Positions 7,388-17,300 of a stretch of DNA of 24,703 bases are shown here, one piece after another (positions within the stretch are counted from its first letter, which is position 1; each line of letters starts with the position of its first letter). Source of the DNA: a virus (Duplodnaviria; Caudoviricetes); IMG/VR virus record IMGVR_UViG_3300028581_001803, positions 1 to 24,703 of that record; one strand, 5' to 3'. A program made the translations under genes and the position numbers. The notes beneath the pieces were generated by a model. It did not search any database. It had not been told where the DNA came from and saw only the letters and a program-made list of their open reading frames with translations.

Positions 7388-9188
7388 AATGTCAGGATAT
7401 ATTGCTGCCATTGCACGTGGACACAACAGCGGAGTGTGTTTACTCAAGGATGGTCAAGTGGTTTTTTCCATTGAAGAAGAACGATTAAGTAGAGCCAAAT
7501 ACGATGGTGGACCTTTTGCTTCCATGGTGGAAATACTCAAACACACTGACAAAATAGATTATCTCGTGATTGCACACACACAAAAAGTCAAAGACACAGC
7601 AGGTAGAATTGATTTCACTGGAGATGATGTGTACACTGGATTAGCGCGAAAATTAGGTTTGATAGATCGCAAAGCAGATGTGATGAATCATCCGCAGGTG
7701 ATTGATCTCAGTCATGTGCATCACAAATTGCACGCAGCATGTGCTTTTTACAGGTCAGGCTGGGACAATGCTGTAAGTGTGATAGTGGATGGAGCTGGCA
7801 CATTCATTGGCATTAATAACAGTATGCAAGGTCCTATCACTGTATGGGAAGTAGAGTCAATCATAGATTGTGCATATCCAGCCAAATTTAAATCATTGTA
7901 CAAACATTATGGTACTAGAGAACCTGTGCTGGGAGCAATACTAAAAAATTTTCCTTCAGAGATTACAGATGAAGCTGGTCAAACACACGAAGCAGTGTTC
8001 AGCGATCGAGCTGGCATAGTAAAAGTGTATGAAGCAGTTACTCAATACTGTGGTTTTATGCCTATTGAAGCTGGCAAGACTATGGGTTTATTTCCTTATG
8101 GTGAAATTAATGATAAAATTCCGCAGTTATTTGAAACAGACAGCCTCACAGAACTTTCAAACAGAAATCTTATCTTGCCCACATATCCTAATGCTGCTTT
8201 GGTGAACGGACAGTTGTTTGAATTTTTGCAAGACCCTGTGGGAGAAACCTATGATGATGTAACCAAACTGAAAAATCGTAGAGATCTAGCTTATGCTTGC
8301 CAAACACAAACTCAAGCACAAGTTTTAAAATTAATTCGCAAAGCAGTGGCCATGAGCAACAATAAGAGAGTGGTGTTGTCAGGAGGATATGGATTAAATT
8401 GTGTGGCCAACTATTATTATCTAGAACATTTGAAAGAAGAAGGTATTGAGTTGTATGTGGAACCAATATCTAATGACGCTGGCACAGCAATGGGCGCAGC
8501 ATTGATGTTTTATCATCAAATATTTGCTGACAAAAATCCCAAAACACATGACACATTATATCTAGGTCCCAAAAGAGATTATAATATTTCTGACATTGAA
8601 GCAAGAATTAAAGATAACAATAAAATTAAAATGTTAGATGCTACACACAAAGACATTATTAAGCTGTTAAGATCAAAAAACATTGTGGCCGTGTTTCAAG
8701 GTAGATCAGAAAATGGTCCTAGAGCTTTGGGCAATAGATCCATATTGTTTGATCCAACGTTTGTGGATGGTAAAGATTTTGTCAATGGTGTTAAGAAAAG
8801 AGAATATTTTAGGCCATTTGCTGGCACTGTGCTACAAGAAGATGTGCATGAATGGTTTGATTTGCAGGGTATGAATGATTCTCCGTTCATGATGTATGCT
8901 GTGAATTGTAAAGCAGGCGTAGCAGAAAAAATTCCTTCAATTATACATGTGGATGGCACTTGTAGAATACAAACAGTCACGGAGAAACAAAATAAACACT
9001 ATTATGAACTTATAAAAGAATTTAAAAAAGAAACAGGCATACCAATACTGTTCAACACTTCATTTAATTTGGGCGGTGAACCTTTGGTAGAGACATTGGA
9101 TGATGCTGTGAGAACTTTAGAAAATTCTCAAATTGAATATCTTTATTTGCCTGAACAGGGCAAACTACTACACGTACCAAACAATTAA
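7377..9188 (+). CDS. Carbamoyltransferase, NodU/CmcH/TobZ family (~603 aa)
   Basis: Motifs EEERLSR.K, HH..HA..AFY.SG, VDGAG, GKTMGL.PYG, SGG..LNC.AN, NDAG.A.GAA, GRSE.GPRALGNRSIL, K.RE.FRPFA, HVDGT.R.QTV and NTSFN..GEP.VET. Start is probably ATG 7377 (or 7389) rather than 7326. Confidence 0.93.
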   Translation: MTNKMSGYIAAIARGHNSGVCLLKDGQVVFSIEEERLSRAKYDGGPFASMVEILKHTDKIDYLVIAHTQKVKDTAGRIDFTGDDVYTGLARKLGLIDRKADVMNHPQVIDLSHVHHKLHAACAFYRSGWDNAVSVIVDGAGTFIGINNSMQGPITVWEVESIIDCAYPAKFKSLYKHYGTREPVLGAILKNFPSEITDEAGQTHEAVFSDRAGIVKVYEAVTQYCGFMPIEAGKTMGLFPYGEINDKIPQLFETDSLTELSNRNLILPTYPNAALVNGQLFEFLQDPVGETYDDVTKLKNRRDLAYACQTQTQAQVLKLIRKAVAMSNNKRVVLSGGYGLNCVANYYYLEHLKEEGIELYVEPISNDAGTAMGAALMFYHQIFADKNPKTHDTLYLGPKRDYNISDIEARIKDNNKIKMLDATHKDIIKLLRSKNIVAVFQGRSENGPRALGNRSILFDPTFVDGKDFVNGVKKREYFRPFAGTVLQEDVHEWFDLQGMNDSPFMMYAVNCKAGVAEKIPSIIHVDGTCRIQTVTEKQNKHYYELIKEFKKETGIPILFNTSFNLGGEPLVETLDDAVRTLENSQIEYLYLPEQGKLLHVPNN

Positions 9189-9189
9189 T

Positions 9190-10140
9190 ATGGACAAAGC
9201 GTTTTTTATAAATGGTGGGGCAGGTAGAACTCTGTGTTCTGTGTCTGCATTGGAAAATTATGCCAATGATAACCCCAATGATGATTTTATTATTGTGTGC
9301 GAAGGAGGCACTGATTTTTACAAAGGACATCCTAAACTTCATTTTAGAGCTTATGATGTATGGCATAAGAATTTATTCAATGAATATCTAAAAAATAGAC
9401 AATTGATCACTCCTGAGCCTTACAGAGTTTGGGAATACTACAATCAAAAATGCGGTATAGCTCAAGCATATGACATTGAAATCAATAAAAAAGGCATAAG
9501 AAAATTAGAAATTCCCAAAGTATATTTGTCTAAAGAAGAATTGATTATGGCCAGACAAATGATTAACGAAGTGAAAGAAAAAACTAAAAAAGAAAAAGTT
9601 ATTGTGTTTCAGCCATTTGGTCGTGTGTCTAAAAAAGACAATGAAGAATTAATAGATGTGAGTGGTAGAAGTTTTGAAATGGAAAACACTATGAGTTTAA
9701 TACGTCAGTTGGGCAAACAGTATGGAATTATGTTGATGTCAGAATTTGCCATTGATTTTGCCAAATATCAAATTAACTTTCCCATTGCTGCACCTCAAGG
9801 AGTTCATGTGAGAATATGGAGCGCTGTGATCAAAATGTGCGACCATTTTTTAGGTTGTGACAGTCTAGGACAACATCTAGCCAATGCGTTTGATAAAACT
9901 GCCACAGTGGTGTTTGGATCCACTTTTCCACAAAATGTTTCCTATCCAGACAACAATAAATTTGATATCATTGACATGAATAAGGACAGCAGAATTTACA
10001 GTCCCATACGTATCACCATGGACGAATATGCAGATAGAGCCAACGAAGATGCCATGCAAATGGACACAGAGGTGGAGAATAGAATTGTGCAATCAGTGAA
10101 CAGCATGATCAAACACGGCTATAAAAAGAATAAAAAATAA
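9190..10140 (+). CDS. GT9-like glycosyltransferase, paralog B (316 aa)
   Basis: ATG 9190 lies 1 nt after the carbamoyltransferase stop. Collinear with paralog A: KAFF.NGG.GR.LC, EPYRVWEYYNQKC, IVFQPFGR, GRSFE, DHF.GCDS.GQHLA, PIRITMDE. Confidence 0.75.
   Translation: MDKAFFINGGAGRTLCSVSALENYANDNPNDDFIIVCEGGTDFYKGHPKLHFRAYDVWHKNLFNEYLKNRQLITPEPYRVWEYYNQKCGIAQAYDIEINKKGIRKLEIPKVYLSKEELIMARQMINEVKEKTKKEKVIVFQPFGRVSKKDNEELIDVSGRSFEMENTMSLIRQLGKQYGIMLMSEFAIDFAKYQINFPIAAPQGVHVRIWSAVIKMCDHFLGCDSLGQHLANAFDKTATVVFGSTFPQNVSYPDNNKFDIIDMNKDSRIYSPIRITMDEYADRANEDAMQMDTEVENRIVQSVNSMIKHGYKKNKK
9415..9452 (+). repeat. 38-nt direct repeat, copy 2 (inside GT paralog B)
   Basis: GAGCCTTACAGAGTTTGGGAATACTACAATCAAAAATG; one mismatch to 6674-6711. 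Confidence 0.9.
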
Positions 10141-10147
10141 CTCAATT

Positions 10148-10161
10148 CATAGGTAAATACA
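10148..10161 (+). promoter_or_regulatory. Late promoter-like motif CATAGGTAAATACA
   Basis: An identical 14-mer occurs at 11335-11348. TAAATA ends 5 nt before ATG 10165. Confidence 0.65.
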
Positions 10162-10164
10162 CAC

Positions 10165-10581
10165 ATGTTCAATGTAAACAACTTGTTTGGCAAGGGTGTA
10201 AAGAATACTCTACTGTTGAAAAATGGTTTAAATTTTTCAGTGGGAGGACCTTTTACCACTGTGCAAACAGACACCCTCATAGACAGATGGCAATTCACAT
10301 CTGTGTCAGCTGCTGAATACACCATAATGGTGGACTATGATACCAACAACAAAGAAATCATAAGATGTTTGCTGGTGGGTGGGCCAAACACTGCCACAGT
10401 GACCATCTATGGTCGTGGAAATCTTGGCAATGAACTGATCAATCTCACAGCCACAGTGAATGACTCATATGTGGAACTGAGAGCCACTGCAGCACAAGGC
10501 GCTGACAGCACTGTATACAGTGGTTCCAAATGCATATTTCAAGCCACCTATTTTGAAACTTTGAATCCTATCACACGCTGA
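10165..10581 (+). CDS. Small virion structural protein, tail-fibre C-terminal-domain-like (138 aa)
   Basis: The SAAEYTI.V.....KE...LLV.....A.VTIYG......L.ATV....VELRAT beta-strand pattern resembles a domain found in T4-like fibre proteins. Lies in a structural context. Confidence 0.5.
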   Translation: MFNVNNLFGKGVKNTLLLKNGLNFSVGGPFTTVQTDTLIDRWQFTSVSAAEYTIMVDYDTNNKEIIRCLLVGGPNTATVTIYGRGNLGNELINLTATVNDSYVELRATAAQGADSTVYSGSKCIFQATYFETLNPITR

Positions 10582-10598
10582 AATACCAGCTGGCCTTA

Positions 10599-10613
10599 GA
10601 TAAATACACTAAA
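10599..10613 (+). promoter_or_regulatory. Late promoter-like motif GATAAATACACTAAA
   Basis: Intergenic; identical to 5684-5698; ATG at 10626. Confidence 0.65.
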
Positions 10614-10625
10614 AATTAGACATTT

Positions 10626-11339
10626 ATGCCAGTAGTCAATAATCCATTTAAATCGTTGTATGGCTTTCAAAGCCCTTCATTCAGTGTGAATGCTGCTGGC
10701 AATCTTGTGGCCAATAATATTGTAGTCAATAACATCACGGCCAATGATATCACTGCTGCAGGTATTAGCACCTTGACAGATTTAGTGGTCACTGACACCA
10801 CTGAATTACAAGGTACTTTTGCATTGGATGGTGCTGCAGTGTTCAATGACACTGTGAACATCACTGACACCAGTGCTGCTGATTCACTGATTTCTGCTGC
10901 TCTAGTTGTGTCAGGAGGAGTGTCTATTCAAAACAATTTACGAGTCAACAACGACAGCATATTCAACAGCAATGTCAACATAGGTCAAAATTTATTAGTA
11001 CAGAACAACATTCAAACCAACAACTCATTGATCACCAACAGTATCACCAGTGTGGACGATGGCAGCACTCTCAGCGATCTTTTCGTTGAACCTTTGGGTG
11101 ATGTGATTTTTAAAACTGGCAGTCAAAGCGTGGAAGTGGGTAGAATTGATGCAACTGGTTCTAATTTGCCTGTGAAAAATACCATCATCAACAACACCAC
11201 CATAGGATTGACTGTGGCCAGCACTGCTGCATTCATCAGCGGCACTGTGGTCAACACTCCCACTGCAGCAGCCAATATCACTAGAAAAGACTATGTGGAT
11301 CGTACTGCTGTGGCTTTTGCTGTGGCCTTGGGAGCATAG
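10626..11339 (+). CDS. Short tail-fibre-like structural protein (237 aa)
   Basis: Contains the fibre repeat motif S.ALVVSGGVSI.NNLRV, INNTTIG, and a C-terminal TRKDYVD....AFAVALG signature; Asn/Thr-rich. Confidence 0.6.
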   Translation: MPVVNNPFKSLYGFQSPSFSVNAAGNLVANNIVVNNITANDITAAGISTLTDLVVTDTTELQGTFALDGAAVFNDTVNITDTSAADSLISAALVVSGGVSIQNNLRVNNDSIFNSNVNIGQNLLVQNNIQTNNSLITNSITSVDDGSTLSDLFVEPLGDVIFKTGSQSVEVGRIDATGSNLPVKNTIINNTTIGLTVASTAAFISGTVVNTPTAAANITRKDYVDRTAVAFAVALGA

Positions 11340-11348
11340 GTAAATACA
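11335..11348 (+). promoter_or_regulatory. Late promoter-like motif CATAGGTAAATACA
   Basis: Overlaps the upstream TAG stop; identical to 10148-10161; precedes ATG 11374. Confidence 0.65.
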
Positions 11349-11373
11349 ATGTCTAAACATAACTCTGTGAAAA

Positions 11374-14300
11374 ATGGCTAAAAAACAGTTAAAAAATTTT
11401 ATATTTGAACCAGGCATCGGCAAAGATGATGGTTTATACACCAATGCTGCCGCACTGGTTTTGGCCAACAAAGCATTTTTACAACAACAGGTTGTGGCGT
11501 TTATCAATTATAATATTGCCAACAGCATAGCACCCTATGTGGGTTATACCTATGCTTCACAAAAATGTATCAGAGACGTGGGATATTTCATAGACGCAGT
11601 CACACACGATTTGCGATATGGCGGTAATGTTAAATCACGACAAGTGGCAGATTATTTTTGGATAGATGGAGAACCTCAAATCCGAGGAGATGTCACACCT
11701 GAAACCACTGGTCAAGCATATCTGCGTAATATTATCAATCAATACATACTGACCAAGACTCCAGTGAGTCCTACCTACGGCAATACCACACCTCAGGTAT
11801 TTCCAGCAGGTATTAGTACAGAAAGTGATGGGCCCACTGCCAACACTGCATTGTGGAATATTTTCAGCACAGTTATTACCAATGGTCCCAGTGCAATGCC
11901 AGCCAAAGTTTCTGGAGTATCTTCCATCAGACTGGCAGGACAAATTGATGCATCATCCATACTGTTGATTACTGATGTGGATTCAGGTAATATTCTTTAC
12001 AGCTTTGCAGATCCAGCCAATTCGATTAGAGTCACTTACAAACAAGGACGCAGCAGCGGTGACGGCAATTTGTTAAGTGATTTAGATTTTCCCAGTTGGT
12101 GGCAGGTCAGTGATTCTATCACCACCATAGATTTGAGTGCAGACACCAGCACACTCACAGCTTCAGCCAACATACAATTTTTTGTGGAAGAAGCCAGCAC
12201 ACAGATTAGACCTTGGGAATTCGGCACAGATGCCATTGAACGTATGCGTGTGGCAGCACCACAGGCCATGTTGGATGCTGACTTTGAATATGGATTACAG
12301 CCAACCAAATGGCAAGCGTTGGGTACGTTGAGAATGTACCCCTCCACATATGAAATACCCGGCAGTGATTTGACTGTTTTGAGTTGTACCACTGATGCAT
12401 CAGTGAACACAGGATTTTTTGGAAGTTCATTCATCACAGTGCTCACGTCAGGAGTGCATGGATTCACTGTGGGTCAACCCATCACTGTGAAAGGATTGAA
12501 CAACACAGTGAGTGGATTTGCTAGAGCAGAAGGATCTTTTTTGGTTTACAGCGTACCTAGTTCTGTGAGTTTTACCTATTACGCCAGTGCCAAGGTGGGT
12601 ACCACCAATGGAGAAAATTTATTGACTTCATTCATACAGATACGTCAGGCTCAGTTTTTCACAGGTGCTGCTATAGGTCAGCCCAGTTTTTCAGTATTCA
12701 CCAACGGCACCACACTCAGCGTGGTCACTGCATTATTGGCCACCACAGGAGCAACCACATTTGTGTACATAGGATCAGCACCCACTGTGGGTTCCCCTGT
12801 GACAGGTCCAGTAACCATTCCCGTAGGTACCAGTGTGTCAGGCACAGTGGGATCAGCTTCAGTCACAACCAATGTGTTGTTGAACACTCTGGTCACTGAC
12901 ACTCTAATAAGTTTGACCAATTTGACAGGCATTCAGACCGGTATGGCTTTGGATGTGGGTGGCACAGCTTCCACCATCAACACCATAGCGGGCAGTCAAT
13001 TATCTTTGAGCAATCAATTGGGCACAGCATTCAAAGGCAGCAACAACACCAACACTGCTGTGTCAGGCACAGTGGTGGCTCCAGCAGGCCAAGGAGCTCA
13101 GTTTGATGTGACTCGCAGTGCTGGTGTGTACACTTTGGTGCAAACTCCAGGAGCATCACCTACACCATACAATTATCAACAAGGTGACAGATTAAAAATA
13201 TTAGGTACTGCACTGGGTGGTGCCACACCAGCCAACGATGTGAATATTTTGATCACTGCTGCAGGCACAGGTGGAGATATTGATTCATTCACATTCGCTG
13301 GCACTTCCATATTGGGTGGTGCTACCTACTCCAGCATAGGACAAACCAGTACCACAGGCACTGGCACAGGATTTCAAATCAACGTCACTAGAACGGGTGG
13401 CACTGGCACATACTCTATCAGTTTGGTAGCTGCAGGCACTGCTTATATTGTGACTGAACAAGTCACATTTGCAGGTACTTTATTTGGTGGTGCATCACCA
13501 GCCAATGACATTGTTTTAGAAGTGGCCAGTGTGACTGGTACAGGAGATATCATTACCTATACTGTGGTGGGCTCACCAGTGGGAGCTTCGGGAAACCAAA
13601 CCTACAGCGGTACATCAGCTGCCAACGTGGCGCATCTAGGCAGTGGAGCAGAATTTAATATCACTAGAACCACAGGCACATATTCAGCCACCATCAACCA
13701 AGCAGGCACATTGTATGAGCAAGGCAACGTGATCACAGTGTTGGGCACCACTCTTGATGGAGCAACCACTGCCAACGATGCCACTATCACAGTGACTGGT
13801 ATCACCGGTGGAGGTGTCATAGATACTATCTCTATCAGTGGTTTAGGTTATGCAGGAGATTCCATCACTGTTTATCCCACCATGGCCATCAGCGAACCTA
13901 TCACAGGCAACATACCTGCTGGCACTGCATTGAACGTGGGAGCCATTGCCACTTTCCAAGTGGATTTTCAAGCTCCGCACGGATTGGTTCCAGGCACAAC
14001 AATATTGAGTCAGGTCACTTCTCAACCCGCACCAGAACTGGCATCCACCTCAAGAACTTTTTCTGTGGGCAGTGGCACATGGGCAGTGGCTGGATCAGAA
14101 GGTATATTTGTGGCCATAAGAGCAGGATCCACAGCAACACAGCGTTCAACCAATGGACAAACGTGGGCAGCAGGTGGAGTATTGCCTTCATCGGTTTCAT
14201 GGATTTCAATAGCAGCTGGTCAAGTGGGTGTCACAACTTATTGGGTGGCCATCGCCAGTGGCAGCACCACTGCTGCTTGGTCAGTGAATGGTGGGGTCAG

Positions 14301-17300
14301 CTGGAGTATTGCCAGCACATTGATGCCCAGCAGTGCCAACTGGAGCAAGGTAACCTACGGAGACGGAAGATTTGTGGCTGTGTCCACTGGAGGCACTGCG
14401 GCAGCATACAGCACTGACGGTGGAGTCAACTGGGTATCCAGCACTCTAGCCAGCAGCGGCACCTGGACTGGTGTGGCAGCAGGATTGATAGGAACTTCCA
14501 CATATTTCGTGGCAGTGGCTTCAGGTGGCACTGCTGCTAATTATTCACCAGATGGTGGAGCCAACTGGATTGCCACAGGAGCATTGCCAGCTTCAGCCAC
14601 ATGGAGTGGAATTTCATACGGTAACAACAGGTTTGTGGCCATCAGCTCCGGCAGCACTAACGCAGCATTTTCCACCAACGGAACCACTTGGACACTGAGC
14701 ACTCTGCCCAGCAGCAGCACATGGAATGAAATAATTTACGGCGATGATGTATTTTTGATCACTGCCACAGGTACCACTGATGCTCTCACTTCATTCACTG
14801 GTGAAACAGGATCATTCACTGCAAGAACATTGGCCGCATCATCCACTTGGGATTCATTGGCCTATAGTTTTTACACAGGTCAAGGTTTTGGCAGATTTGT
14901 GCTCACAAATCAAAGCACCACTGCTTTGGAAATAAATTTAACTTCAGCCAATCATCAATTGGGCACAGGTCCACATGTGGTATCTGCAGTGCCCAGCCGT
15001 TCAACTATAAGATTTGTGGCTAGAACCACAGGCATTGTGAACACCACCAACAGTTCCGTCACAGGAGTGGTATATGCCAGACCAGATTCATTCTTTGTGC
15101 ATAGACCATTTGATGGTGGAGTACAGTTGGGCACAGGAAATCCCAGTCATGGATCACAGGCCATCAGACAGAGCAAGAAATATATCAGATATCAATCAGG
15201 CAAAGGCATCATGTATACCACTGGAGGTTTATTTGCTCCCAGTTACAACTTGTCAGGAGCCACAGCTTCTGGCACAGCAGTGAACAGTCTCATTACTTTT
15301 GTGACAGATGACACAGACCACGGAGTGCAAGCAGGTGCTGTGGTAGAAACCATAGGCTTTGTGAGTTTTGAATACAATGGTGAATTCACTGTGGAGAGTG
15401 TGATAGATGCACGCAGATTCACTGCCAGATCAGCAGTGGTACTCAGTACTACCACAGCGCAGTTGGGCACTGATTGCAAAATGATTCTCAAACGTTGGCA
15501 CGGAAGTTGTGTGCGTATTGGAGCTTTTGATGAACAGAATGGAATATTTTATCAATATGATGGCAATGAAATGGCCGTGGTACGCAGAAGCAGCACCAAT
15601 CAATTGACTGGAGTTGTGGCTTGCAATGTGGACAGTAATGCTGTGCAAGGCACAGGCACAAGATTCCAAGATCAGTTAAAAGAAGGAGATAAAATTGTGA
15701 TCAGAGGCATGAGTCACTTGGTCACTCAGATCACATCTCAGTCTCAGATGTTTGTGACTCCAGACTGGCGAGGTGCCAACAATATCACCGGAGCCAGAGT
15801 GTGTATCACCGAAGAATTATACCTTCCACAAAGTCAATGGAATTTAGACAAATTAGATGGCACAGGACCCAGCGGATATGACATATTGCCATGGCGCATG
15901 CAGATGTTGGGCATGCAGTATTCATGGTATGCAGCAGGATTTATTGAATGGATGCTGCGAGGTGCTGATGGTAAATTTGTGTTCTTACACAAGATAAGAA
16001 ACTCCAATACCAACACCGAAGCATACATGCGTACTGCCAACCTTCCTGTGAGATATGAAGTGGAAAATCGCACAGCAGTGAACAAACTGTACACCAGCAT
16101 CAATGATTCAGTCACCACTGTAGAATTATATGATACCAGTAAATTTCCCACCAACGGTGTGATCTATGTGGACAATGAAATGATATCCTACAATGGAAAA
16201 TCAGGCAGATCTTTGACAGGATGTACCAGAGCAGCCACGTTCCAATCATTCACAGCAGGTATCAACAGATTATACACAGCTGGCGTGGCAGCATCACACA
16301 CAGCAGGTACGGGAGTCACACTGATCAGTTGCACAGCCACTCCCACCATCAGTCACTGGGGATCGGCATTATTAACCGACGGATTATTTGATGAAGACCG
16401 AGGATATATTTTCAACTATGCTGCCACAGGATTGAGTGTGAGCACTGCCAAACAAACAGCATTCATGATCAGACTGGCTCCATCAGTTTCCAACGCACTT
16501 GTGGGAGATTTGGGTGAGCGAGATCTGTTAAACAGAGCACAATTGCTGTTGAATGAAGTGGCAGTGACCACAGACACAGGCACAGGCACTGTGGTTATAG
16601 AGGGAGTATTGAATCCAAGAAATTATCCAGCCAATCCTTCCAATATCACCTGGACTGGCTTGGCCAGCTCTGCTGCAGGAGGACAGCCCAGTTTTGCACA
16701 GATAGCTTTGGGAGGATCCATCAACTGGGGAGGAGTGCCACTGACCACCACCACTGCCACCATACAAGGTGCATTGACCACCACTGTCACTGCCATAGGA
16801 TTCACCACTGTCACACAGAATTTGACAGCCATTGCCAACTCAGGATTCAGAACCCAAGCATTTAGAACTGTCAACAATGATTTCTTCATCACCAATGCAG
16901 CCTATGATGCACTAACCAGTACTCCTTTGAGAGTGGGAGACAGAATAGTGGTGGGCACTTATGTGACCACGGGTCAAACCATATCCACCATCACTCGTGC
17001 TTATTTGGGATCTGGTTTTACAAGGATAGTGATGAGTTCAGTGGCCAACGCCAACAGTCCTATAGGTGTCAACATCGTGGCACCGGTGCAGAACAGCATC
17101 TCAGTGAACTATGCCAGTGCTTATGTGAACGGTAGAACAGACTTTTTAATCACTGACACAAACGCAACCACATCCAATATCACATTGGGTGATGTGTTGC
17201 TTGTGAGTACCTATGTGATCAGCAGTCAGACAGTTGCTGGTATAACCTCTACCTACGCCCGAGTGAATGGTGTGAATTACACCAGAATTGTGATGAGTTC

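Noticed and set aside
11349-11381. Short out-of-frame ORF MSKHNSVKNG overlapping the start of the 2149-aa gene
   Set aside because: Its ATG is only 2 nt after TAAATA, probably upstream of the transcription start; no other support.
11563-11630. KCIRDVGY motif resembling the phycobiliprotein chromophore-binding C.RD motif
   Set aside because: The match is short, and the motif is a recurring element of T4-like structural proteins; no globin-like context or bilin genes here.
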